From the NCBI GenBank assembly GCA_019828565.1, contig JAHDYR010000046.1, positions 6,438 to 70,437 on the forward strand: 64,000 nucleotides of DNA, read 5' to 3'. This document shows positions 52,794-63,417 of this stretch, one piece after another. The notes under the pieces are model-generated. The model saw only the letters and a list, made by a program, of their open reading frames with translations. It was not told the DNA's origin and did not search any database. Position numbers and translations under genes: made by a program. Each line of letters opens with the position of its first letter. Position 1 is the first letter of the stretch. Origin of the DNA: Carpediemonas membranifera BICM (taxonomy: Eukaryota; Protista; Fornicata).

Positions 52794-53025
52794 CGGCGCC
52801 CAAGAGTACTGTTCTGAAGCTGCAGGGAGAGGGGGGCCTAAAACCCCTTCGAAGAAGGGTAAAAAGATGACCCACGCGGGTCGGCCAGCTCACAACTTCC
52901 AGCTCTTGGCGCTGCGGGACTCTGTGCTCCGAGCCCGATGGGGCTCCCTCAGGACGATGATCGAGGAGGTCCTGAGACCGGGGAGGACGGTGGCGTTTTC
53001 CTATGTAAGCGAGGGAACCTACCAG

Positions 53026-54371
53026 TCACGCGTCACAAAGTACACTCAACATATGTGTGAGCTTGGTGTCGTCACGCCTGCTCAGGGTCAGGGGGTCCTT
53101 GAAAAGGAGGATGGGGTTAATCTTGAAGTGGTCGCACTTAGCCAAGTGGGTCTGGTTCAGGACAACCCACGTCCTGGATCTCAGCACTGCTAAGGTCTTG
53201 GTAGGGGACGTCAGGATCTCAATCACAGCCGCGGCGATGGCCTCACCCTGACAGAGAGGACATGCCTCAAGAGCTGCGGCGGCTTCCGGTTCATCCTTCA
53301 GGTCCTGTAGGATTCCCCTGACCGGCTGCCACGCGTCAGGAAGAGCCCCTCTCGTTGGCATAGGTAGACACGATAGCCGTAGCATCGCGAGGCGCTTCGC
53401 TGGCCCAGCCGTTAGATGGTCGAGGTATGGCTGCCTGGCCGGGTAGTTAGAGCGGGTAAAAGGGCGGGTGAGTGCCGACTCCGTGACGTATCTCCTGACA
53501 GCCACTTTGTTACCACGGCAGATTATGTCGTGAGAGAGCTGGGCTGCTCGACAGGCTGCTAGGTCAAGGCTGTCGGAGTGGGACAGGCCAAGGCTGCCTT
53601 GTGCCTCAGCAATGCAGTCTGGGAGATCCTTGCCCGGATGGATTCTCGCCCATCTCACCCCTTGCTTGAATCTGTCCAGCAGGAGCATTGCCTCTGGATG
53701 CAGCCAGCCTAGCTCCAGGTACTTCGCCTCCGATGCAGTTGGGCTGATCCTTAGGGCTGCCGATGCAAGCTTGCCTACCTGGGAGACAGCCTTATGATTA
53801 GCCCAGACGCTCCACCCGTACAGCAGCTTGGGGAGGGTGTAGACCTCTACAATGCGAGGACAGAACTTGGAGTGCATCACGCCGCTAGCTCTCAGTAGTC
53901 GTAGCTCTCTGTCTATCCTTTCGCCCATAGTCCTATTCTGGGTGGAGAAGTCTCGGGACGTATCGAAGAGGACCCCTAGGAGCTTGACCGCGTCTCTCTT
54001 AATGACTGGATTGCCACGGATGGTGAGGGAGGGGGTGTCGTCCTCTGAGACATAGGTGGTCTTATCGTTGGGCTCCAAGGATAGCGCTAGCATGCATGTC
54101 CATGCCGCCGTAAGTGCTGCCTCCAACCACTTAAGGGAGGGAGCTACTATTGTAATGTCATCAACGAACAGGACTGTGACAATCCAGGGAACGCACGGCC
54201 TTGCTGCCACTCGTCTCAGGGTCTCTATGTCGGGAGGAAGCTTCTCAATTGCTTCCTTCCCTAGAGCGGTTAAGCTTGCAATGATGTGAGGGACTTCCGC
54301 AAGGTATCTTGTGAAGATGAAGGGAGCAGTGGTGCATCCTTGCCGTACTCCTGTGTTGGTAGCGGCGCTAG
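53026..54371 (-). CDS. LINE family 2 ORF2, C-terminal part (RT motifs B-E and C-terminus)
   Basis: The frame stays open upstream of 54210 through TNTGVRQGCTTAPFIF to the transposon junction. Confidence 0.8.
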
Positions 54372-56117
54372 CATACTGTCAATTCCTTGACTTCAAGTCA
54401 AGTTTTTGTGACTTAAAGTCAAGGCCAAAACTTGACTTTAAGTCAAGACGTTTGAATTAATCAGAGGAACCAGGCTCTGTCAGTAAATAAGAATGGTATG
54501 GCTGGGTAGCAGTACTAGTTCTCTATTCACTGCATTGATGGCTAACTGTGGGCTAAGCTGTGACCTGAGTATGGGTGACTTCTTCTTGACGACGAGAGCC
54601 ATTTTTTTCAAGTTCGACCACTTTGGCTCTGTCCCCTTCGCAGTTTTTTGCAGGATCTGATCTACACCAGTAGTGCTTGTGATCCAACAAAAATCTGCGA
54701 AGGGGACAGAACAGATCTCGAGATTTTTAGCAAAAGACTCGGGCCGAGTCGAGAGGCGTTATTGATGAGCGCACAGCTCAGGGAATTTTTCTACGCTGCA
54801 ACTAAAAACCAAGAGGCCGAGTAAACACAAGTATTACTACACGATGATGCCCAGACCGTCGTGTAAGGAGAACATTCTTGGGCGGTCAACGCGAAGAAAA
54901 AGTTAAAGTTATTGGAATTAAAAAGACGGCAATGTACTCGCCCTTGGCTGAAACCTCAGGCATAATGGTTTCAGGTGTGAACTCTTCCAATTGGGGGAGT
55001 TATTGTTATTGTTCAGTTTAAGGTCACGCCGCCTGCATGAAAAAAATGGTAATGACGGAAGCAATGTCGGAGATATCCAGAAATGACTGTGATAGAGCTC
55101 ATAGCAAGACAGCATTCGAGATATTTGCCCATCTGAGCATGCTTTCGCTCATTCTAGATGGCATAAGCCTCTTTTCCCACAACTAATCAATATCAAGTCG
55201 GCCATTACTCAGTATCGCTCGCTCAGACATCTGAAACGTCCCCATTGGCAATATAACCCTGCTGGAACAGTGAAGTGGCGAGCATAGAGTTCTATTGATG
55301 ACGAAAGGTTGCGACCGGCAAGCGCCTGGTTCATACGGCCATTTGGGGCGGCGCGAGAGCCAATCTCGTTAATGAAAGGTAGGATGATGCGCGTATGAGT
55401 GTTTGTAGGGTCACTAACGACCTTAATGACGAGTTAGGACGTGTGGCAGGGCCGTGCGCTGCCGGAATACACAGGGCAGATTCGCCCCGTTGATTCCAGA
55501 AGCTCGCCGCTCTTCCACGCACGATAGTCAATACAGGGATAGATACACATCTGGACCTCTTTTATACAGCCAACCAGGCTCCGCATAAACTGCGCATTTC
55601 AGATGACGCCCGATGAAGAAAACACACGAGCGACGCCGGTATCGCCGGCGAAACGTATAGCATTAACGATTGAAGGGATAGAATTGGAGCTAGACGTTGT
55701 TTATGGGATTCAACGAGCGCACTTCATTGATTCTCGCATTGATGGTGAATTAGAGCAGATGAAGCGCTGCACGGCAAGGATCAAGACATTTTGTTCATAC
55801 TACATAGCAAATTACAACGAGTTTTCGATGTGAATAGATCTGTAAATAGAGAGAAACCTGTAGCAGCCGATAAACACTGTCAGTCAACAGCCCAACCGAA
55901 GACACGCCAAAACACAAGCACAAGTCAGTTTTACTCAGTTTGATTCCCGCAATTGCAGAGTAGTTCTCATGGCAGTCTTTGCAGAGATTGCAGAGATGAT
56001 GGGGTGGAGACACTCGATATTTGCATTTGTAGATGAGTTGGAGATAAATGTAGTCACTGACGCTAATCACCTTTTTGCAATGACACGGATGACGGAGTTC
56101 GTCATTCAATCTCGTTG

Positions 56118-56373
56118 CGAGCCATAAAGTGCACCAATAGTGGGAACCGACTTCCCACTATTTTCTCAGTGCCAATGAGCTATAGAGCTTTATTGAGGAT
56201 ATAAGCTTGCATAATAACACATCAATAGCGTCTGACGGCCGCTATGGCCCATGATACTCAATACCAACATCAAACGAGTCAAAGGAACCACGAAACCACA
56301 CAAGGAACGAGCTAGAAGAAACGATAGGAACTTTAATTGCATAAACAACATCAATGCTGCCACCAGCTGTCCA
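56118..56373 (+). repeat. Internal repeat module R2 copy 1 (256 bp)
   Basis: Near-identical to 60852..61107; begins GCCATAAAGTGCAC followed by hairpin AATAGTGGGAA/TTCCCACTATT. Confidence 0.9.
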
Positions 56374-56445
56374 GTCAGCGCCCCAAAGCCAACAGCACCA
56401 CGGCAGCACCACGACGCCACCGCAATTCATTCATTTACTACTGAC

Positions 56446-58206
56446 TCATTCCACAAAATAACAGTCATCCTCTGTGTTCTGTTGGGCAGACAGGTGCGAT
56501 TCTGCCTTCCTCAGCTCAACAGGTGTTGCATGGTACACTTCCGCGTGTGCTGTGACGTCAGTTGGCGTGCCGGAGATATAAATGTAGTCATTGACGCCAA
56601 TCACGTTTGCAATGACACGGATGACGGACATGCTCGCATTAGTGTTTGTCAGGGTGATGTAACCCTTGTCTCTACCCTGGAAGAAGACGATTGTGCCGTC
56701 CTGGATGGATGCAATGGGCATGTTGTGAATCTGTGACCAGACCTGAATTGCGGTGTCCCGGCAGTATGGAAGACTGTCGTTCTTGCCACCCTTGCCTGTT
56801 GACTGGCATGGCTGTAAAAAGAGCTGATTGTCTGCCGGAAGTAGGTCGCGCTTCTGCATAATCCCTGCAGCAGCTTGAAGCTGCTTACGCCAATCTGTTG
56901 TCGGTACGTCACGCTCGTTAGACACATGCCTGAGGCAGTGGCCAACACAGTCACCATCGCCTGGGGGGTTGTACGGCTTGAACTTCGACCGGAGGTGACG
57001 TGTGAACTCGTCCAGGCAGTCCTCTCTCTCCTCGGTCTGGACATCCTTGTCATCTGTCGGGGTACGGTCGTCACCTTCGTTCATCTCAGTTCCAGTCTCG
57101 CAGGTCACAGGTCTGGCCTTCTCGGGCTCAGTCTGGATACAGGCGTCGCATTTGGTCACGTCCTCCTCATCTGACTCACCCTTCTTCTCAACAGTCACCT
57201 CCTCCTCTATCTCCTCCTCCTCTGACTCCTCCTCCGAGTCCTCTGGCCTGGCCTTCTTGGGCGTGATGATGAGGGCCTTGCGCTTCACAGACATGGAGGC
57301 CTCGGGCTCGTCCGTATCGCGTCGGGGACAGGAAGTCCTGGAGACTGTGCCAGACTGTGGCGGGATGGGGCTGCATGGGAGTGATGCATCTATGGACTTG
57401 TCAGCGTCATAGGCTGCCTCTCGCTCAGCCTGCTGCTGCAGAAGGCGTCGATGCAGCGTGATGACTTCCTCACTCTTTGCCGTCAAGCTCTTCCTCAACT
57501 GCTTGACTCTCTTCTTGTATCCTCGAACAATTTTTGTGATAGTAATCGATGATAGCGCCAGTACCTGGGGGGAGCAGGGGCGTACCTTCTCCCGCGGGGG
57601 TCTCCAACCATTCCAGGGCGATGATGTACTCTTCGAAGTACGAGCGGCAGGAGTGCTTCATGTAAGCAAGGTCTGCCTCCTTGCTGCGCACCCTGGCAAC
57701 CATTGCTGTGACATGGTCGCGCACAAGCGCGTTGGTGGATGTCGCGTTGCGCCACGCCCGAACCTTGACACTCAGCGCCTCTTTTTCGATACGCGCGCCC
57801 TCATTCTCCTTGGCATACTCAGCCCTCTTGGAGTTCTTGAAGGCTGTGACAGCGGCCGACTCAAACGCCTTCATCTCCTTCTCCGTGAAGGTTGCCTCGA
57901 TGATCTCGTTCGAGGTCTTATCCTGCACCTGCTGAGACAGCAATGCCTCGAGTTCTGCCTTCTTCTCGCCCTGAATCTCGAAATATGAGCACAGGTGGTT
58001 GAAGTTGATCCCTATATAAACATTTGCACCAATTACGTACCGTTCTTGACGACTATATCGAAGATATCGTTCTCGTCGAGCAATTTGTCCCGAAGAACGG
58101 CACTCTTCGCCTTGTTTGTCTTCTTCTCCTTGAATTCGGTGATAACGGCCTCAATCACATCATCTGAGGTGCTCTCGATCCACTCGTGAAGGAATTCGAA
58201 CGTCAT
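56446..58206 (-). CDS. Coiled-coil/acidic OTU-like protease, paralog of 24859..26578 (29-nt intron 58012..58040; frameshift near 57490)
   Basis: PPGDGDCVGHCL...AHAEVY; removing the intron fuses ORF 58033..58206 in frame to 57470..57943. Confidence 0.75.
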
Positions 58207-58415
58207 TCTTCTCTTCGTTATATCCCAATAATGGACATATAACAGAGATGAGAAAATTGCCAGTAACCGTAGGCAACGGGGTGTCGGAAACGTTATACCA
58301 TACAAACGGGGGATATAATCGCTCCGAGAACACCCATTATGTGGACTGAATGGCGATATAACGTATGGGGAGTGATCCGGCGAGCTTTCGGGCGGTGCAG
58401 GCTAAGACACACCAA

Positions 58416-59343
58416 GTCTGTGGTGCTATAACGTACCTCGGGACGCACTGTGGAGGCCCCTAGAGTATTCGGTCATGACATGTCAGACCAAGGGTCCCTC
58501 AAATCTGGCCCCATTCAGGATGCACCCCCTAAATGTTCCGTTGCAAGCGTCTGACGGGCGTTCTCTGGATACCGACCAAGATGGAGGTCACGTGGATCAA
58601 CGGACGATAATTGCGGTATTCTGGCCATGCCTGGTACTCTCAAATCATCTATACTGCTCTGTGGTTCATTTATTGTTCATATCGTATGGTCCTGATGGAC
58701 TTATGATGATTGATGTTGTTTAGGGATTATTGTTGCTTTAGTGATGCTCTGCGCCCGCCAACTGATGTTTCTTAGTGTTGTGTACATGCCTACTACGTTA
58801 AAGCCGCCAGTATTCTTTCTATTCTTAAGTTCGCCATTTCAATCTCGTTGCGAGCATAAAGTGCGCGAATGCGCGGGTCAGTTCCCCCGTTTTCAGCGAA
58901 GCTGATGCGACAAAACAGAGGCAAGCGAATCCTTACACCTCAGGCGTTGCCAAGAGGCCGTTGTCTGCCAGGATCTATAAGCAGTGATGAGATATACGGA
59001 TTTCAGACTTTCTGCCTGCACGACCTCAAATGTTGACTCCCCTCGGCACCGAAAAGGCACCTATATCCATGAATACCCTCTACAGTGATGTATCCACCCG
59101 ATAAATGGATTTCAAATTTGTCGGGTCTCATGATAAATGGATTTCAGACTTTCGTACTGTTGGCCATCTGAGAATTTATGAACGACCTCTAGAATATTTT
59201 TGAAATGCAAGAACGTGCCTATGGCACTCTATTGTACCCCTGAACACGGTTTGACCACTGTTTTGGGCATTTGGAGAGATTCGAATTTTTGTGCATGACG
59301 AAAGTCTGAAATCCGTATATCGATGGAAGGAAGCCCGCAGGAG
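58416..59343 (+). repeat. Second copy of the 0.93-kb non-coding block
   Basis: Near-identical to 26899..27825; 22-bp inverted repeat at 58991..59012 / 59300..59321. Confidence 0.9.
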
Positions 59344-60711
59344 ATGGAAACAACCATGGAAGCTATGAAAGAAGCTTGGTTGAACAAGATTAAGAAGAAA
59401 TCTTCCCGGAAAGCGGTCGCAAACAACCTTTCGCGGTTCGTTCAATTCTTACAACGTGAGCGAGGGAGTACCGAGGATGAAGCGCTCTCCGTGATCCGAT
59501 CCGAGGAGGTTAGATCGCTTGTGCCCGGTTTTGCTGCATCATTGAACAAGGCAACCGCTGCTGTCACTCTCAGTGCCGTCAACTCATTCCGAAACTCCGG
59601 CAGAGACAATGTCAAGCCGCTTGGGCAGTTTGAGCCTGTCGCATCGGAAGCTATTGTCCGACTAGTCTTCCCCTACAATGCGCTGGCTCTTATCATCAGC
59701 CACACGGGCATGACTGCCACATCAGCCCGCGATATTGATGTGAGCGAGCTCCAGATTCCCCCGGAACTCTCTGACTGGTTGCTATTCACCGGGGCACCAT
59801 CTGCGATGTCCGCTGTGATGCCTAGCACCTTCTCGCAGGCTCTCAAGTCGGTCGGGCTGAGTGTTAACCAGCTTCGCTATGCGCCCACTGTGCATGTCGA
59901 TCTCAATCAGCTCAAGAAGCGGGTGATTGAGACACAAAGACGGACTGGCAGGCCCAGGGATCCGATCAAGGTTCGTAAGGTCATTAAGGACAAGCGCATC
60001 AGCCTCACCGATGATCAGTTCCGCCACCAGCTGGCAAACAGCCACCTGACGACCACGCGGCGCCCAACGATCCTCGATCTCAACCCGGAGATCCGAAGCT
60101 CTGCCGACCTGGTGCCGCCGACGCTCGATGACTGGCTTTACAACAAGCTCAGGATTAGGATGGTCCAGCTCCACGACCAGCGTAAGCCCGAGGGGGGCGA
60201 CACGGGGGAGGGTGAGTCTGACGATGAGGCGCTGTTTGACGAGACAGCTGGCGAGGCAGAGATGCCGGAGACCGCAGTGGAGGGCGAGTTTGACGATGAG
60301 GCCGGGTTGGAGATGCTGGAAGGAGAGTGGGAGGATGAGGAGAGTTCAGACAGCGATGCCGAGGATAGCCTCGTCGACAACCTGTCATTTCTTCAGTCAC
60401 AACAGGTTGAGTGTGATATGTCTGAGAGAGATACCGATGAGGGTGTCCGTAGCGGGGCCAATGGAAGTGGGCTCGCTCCGCTCTATGACGCTATGAAGAC
60501 CAGGGAGCCCAGCAGACGCATTCGCCTTCGCCGCTATCACGAGAGCGAGTCAGACTTGGGCAGCAGCAGCGACAGCGAGGACGGGATGCCGAAGCTGCCC
60601 GTTGAGGCCTTTGAGCACATCCGTGATGCCGGGATGACAACTGTGAGGCTGACGAGGGCCGAGTATGACGACCTGATGGAGAAGAGAGAGCAGGAAAAGC
60701 ATCAGAAGTAA
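59323..60711 (+). CDS. Degenerate tyrosine-recombinase-like protein, paralog of 27826..29034, with a different acidic tail
   Basis: First ~270 aa highly similar to the paralog; stop overlaps AGTAAAT. Confidence 0.6.
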   Translation: MEGSPQEMETTMEAMKEAWLNKIKKKSSRKAVANNLSRFVQFLQRERGSTEDEALSVIRSEEVRSLVPGFAASLNKATAAVTLSAVNSFRNSGRDNVKPLGQFEPVASEAIVRLVFPYNALALIISHTGMTATSARDIDVSELQIPPELSDWLLFTGAPSAMSAVMPSTFSQALKSVGLSVNQLRYAPTVHVDLNQLKKRVIETQRRTGRPRDPIKVRKVIKDKRISLTDDQFRHQLANSHLTTTRRPTILDLNPEIRSSADLVPPTLDDWLYNKLRIRMVQLHDQRKPEGGDTGEGESDDEALFDETAGEAEMPETAVEGEFDDEAGLEMLEGEWEDEESSDSDAEDSLVDNLSFLQSQQVECDMSERDTDEGVRSGANGSGLAPLYDAMKTREPSRRIRLRRYHESESDLGSSSDSEDGMPKLPVEAFEHIRDAGMTTVRLTRAEYDDLMEKREQEKHQK

Positions 60712-60851
60712 ATGAACGAAGTAAATATGTCGTGGGAATGACTCAAACACTGACTAAGCCATCGACTTGGCGCAGCTGACCAGACAGTCAGATATACATT
60801 CATTTATTCCTGTCTCGCTCTCTTGCCTGTCGGAGACCAGCGGATTGAGAT

Positions 60852-61107
60852 CGAGCCATAAAGTGCACCAATAGTGGGAACCGACTTCCCACTATTTTCT
60901 CAGTGCCAATGAGCTATAGAGCTTTATTGAGGATATAAGCTTGCATAATAACACATCAATAGCGTCTGACGGCCGCTATGGCCCATGATACTCAATAACA
61001 ACATCAAACGAGTCAAAGGAACCACGAAACCACACAAGGAACGAGCTAGAAGAAACGATAGGAACTTTAATTGCATAAACAACATCAATACTGCCACCAA
61101 CTGTCCA
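60852..61107 (+). repeat. Internal repeat module R2 copy 2
   Basis: Direct repeat of 56118..56373. Confidence 0.9.
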
Positions 61108-61138
61108 TTGGATTCCAGAAATAGCCATTGTCTCTTCT

Positions 61139-61527
61139 GGAACGTCCGGGAGAGAGCCCGGGGGAGAGCCCGGGGGAGAGAGCCCCAGGAGAAGAGAGCC
61201 CGGGGGAACGTCCGGGAGAGAGCCCGGGGGAGAGCACAGGGGAGAGAGCCCCAGGAGAAGAGAGCCCGGGGGAACGTCCGGGAGAAGAGCCCGGGGGAGA
61301 GAGCCCGGGAGAAGAGAGCCCGGGGGAACGTCCAAGAGAGAGCACGGGGGAGAGAGCACGGGAGAAGAGAGCCCGGGGGAACGTCCAAGAGAGAGCACGG
61401 GGGAGAGAGCACGGGAGAAGAGAGCCCGGGGGAACGTCCAAGAGAGAGCACGGGGGAGAGAGCCCCGGGAGAAGAGAGCCCGGGGGAACGTCCGGGAGAG
61501 AGCACGGGGGAGAGCACGGGGGAGAGA
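61139..61527 (+). repeat. Purine-rich minisatellite (GGGAGAGAGC(C/A)CG and GGGGGAACGTCC units)
   Basis: Visible tandem repetition with mixed units. Confidence 0.92.
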
Positions 61528-61890
61528 GGATATTGGGGCCCCGAAAACGCCAGCACCACCGCAAGTAAGCTATTTTATTGCAAAATACTCTACTTGCGCT
61601 GGTACTACAGCGTTTTCGCGGCCCTTTGCCCATCATTCGTCGTCTGATTTTTTCGTGCAGAATTCAAACGAGTGCCGCCTGGCAGAGGCTGAGCATCTGA
61701 GCGTGGTCCCTGCGGTATCACTCGTCAGGCATAGCTCCCGGGCATGCTCACGAAAATTCAGGTGCAGATTTGGGAGCAGAATGATCGACGAACCCCGAAA
61801 ACGCCATAACCGGCACCAGTGAGCATATCTTCGTTGATGAAGCTCATTGGTGTTGGTATTATGGCGTTTTCGGGGTTCTAATACTGTACT

Positions 61891-63417
61891 CCTCATCTCT
61901 GGCGCCCTCATCCTGGCGCCCTCATCCTGGCGCCTCATCCCTGGCGCCTCATCTCTGGCGCCCTCATCCTGGCGCCCTCATCCTGGCGCCTCATCCCTGG
62001 CGCCTCATCTCTGGCGCCTCATCCTGGCGCCTCATCTCTGGCGCCCTCATCCTGGCGCCTCATCCCTGGCGCCTCATCTCTGGCGCCTCATCCTGGCGCC
62101 TCATCTCTGGCGCCCTCATCCTGGCGCCTCATCTCTGGCGCCTCATCCCTGGCGCCTCATCTCTGGCGCCCTCATCCTGGCGCCCTCATCCTGGCGCCTC
62201 ATCTCTGGCGCCCTCATCCTGGCGCCCTCATCCTGGCGCCTCATCCTGGCGCCCTCATCCTGGCGCCCTCATCCTGGCGCCTCATCCCTGGCGCCTCATC
62301 TCTGGCGCCCTCATCCTGGCGCCTCATCCTGGCGCCTCATCTCTGGCGCCCTCATCCCTGGCGCCCTCATCCTGGCGCCCTCATCCTGGCGCCTCATCTC
62401 TGGCGCCCTCATCCTGGCGCCTCATCCTGGCGCCTCATCCCTGGCGCCTCATCTCTGGCGCCCTCATCCTGGCGCCTCATCTCTGGCGCCCTCATCCTGG
62501 CGCCTCATCCTGGCGCCTCATCCCTGGCGCCTCATCTCTGGCGCCCTCATCCTGGCGCCTCATCCTGGCGCCTCATCCTGGCGCCTCATCCTGGCGCCTC
62601 ATCTCTGGCGCCCTCATCCCTGGCGCCTCATCTCAGCGCCCTCATCCTGGCGCCTCATCTCTAGCGCCTCATCCCTGGCGCCTCATCTCAGCGCCTCATC
62701 CTGGCGCCCTCATCCTGGCGCTCTGGCGCCTCATCCCTGGCGCCTCATCTCTGGCGCCCTCATCCTGGCGCCTCATCCTGGCGCCTCATCCTGGCGCCTC
62801 ATCCTGGCGCGCCTCATCCTGGCGCCTCATCCTGGCGCCTCATCCTGGCGCCTCATCTCTGGCGCCTCATCCTGGCGCCTCATCCCTGGCGCCTCATCTC
62901 TGGCGCCTCATCCTGGCGCCTCATCCTGGCGCTCATCTCTGGCGCCCTCATCCCTGGCGCCTCATCCTGGCGCCTCATCCTGGCGCTCATCCTGGCGCCT
63001 CATCCTGGCGCCTCATCCTGGCGCCCTCATCCTGGCGCCTCATCTCTGGCGCCCCTCATCCTGGCGCTCATCCCTGGCGCCTCATCCTGGCGCCTCATCC
63101 CTGGCGCCTCATCCTGGCGCCTCATCCTGGCGCCTCATCCTGGCGCCTCATCTCTGGCGCCTCATCCCTGGCGCCTCATCTCTGGCGCCCTCATCCTGGC
63201 GCCTCATCTCTGGCGCCTCATCCTGGCGCCTCATCTCTGGCGCCCTCATCCCTGGCGCCTCATCTCTGGCGCCCTCATCCTGGCGCCTCATCTCTGGCGC
63301 CTCATCCTGGCGCCTCATCTCTGGCGCCTCATCTCTGGCGCCTCATCTCTGGCGCCTCATCTCTGGCGCCTCATCCCTGGCGCCTCATCCTGGCGCCTCA
63401 TCCCTGGCGCCCTCATC
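61891..63417 (+). repeat. Minisatellite of 13-15-bp units, CCTCATC(C/T)CTGGCG(C), roughly 110 copies
   Basis: Visible tandem array of about 1.5 kb with unique sequence on both sides. Confidence 0.96.

Larger units (their letters stand above)
49044..54371 (-). mobile_element. LINE family 2, 3' part; interrupted by LINE family 1 copy 2 and cut at 54371 by the second DNA transposon
   Basis: RT motifs GVRQG..AP and FVDD, CPLC...HLAKC; A-rich tail (AAAAAATAAACTCAAAAACTCAAAAAAA on the minus strand) at ~49044..49072. Confidence 0.7.

Noticed and set aside
61891-63417. Telomeric repeat or CRISPR array
   Set aside because: The array is internal with unique sequence on both sides, has variable 13-15-bp units and has no unique spacers or cas genes.
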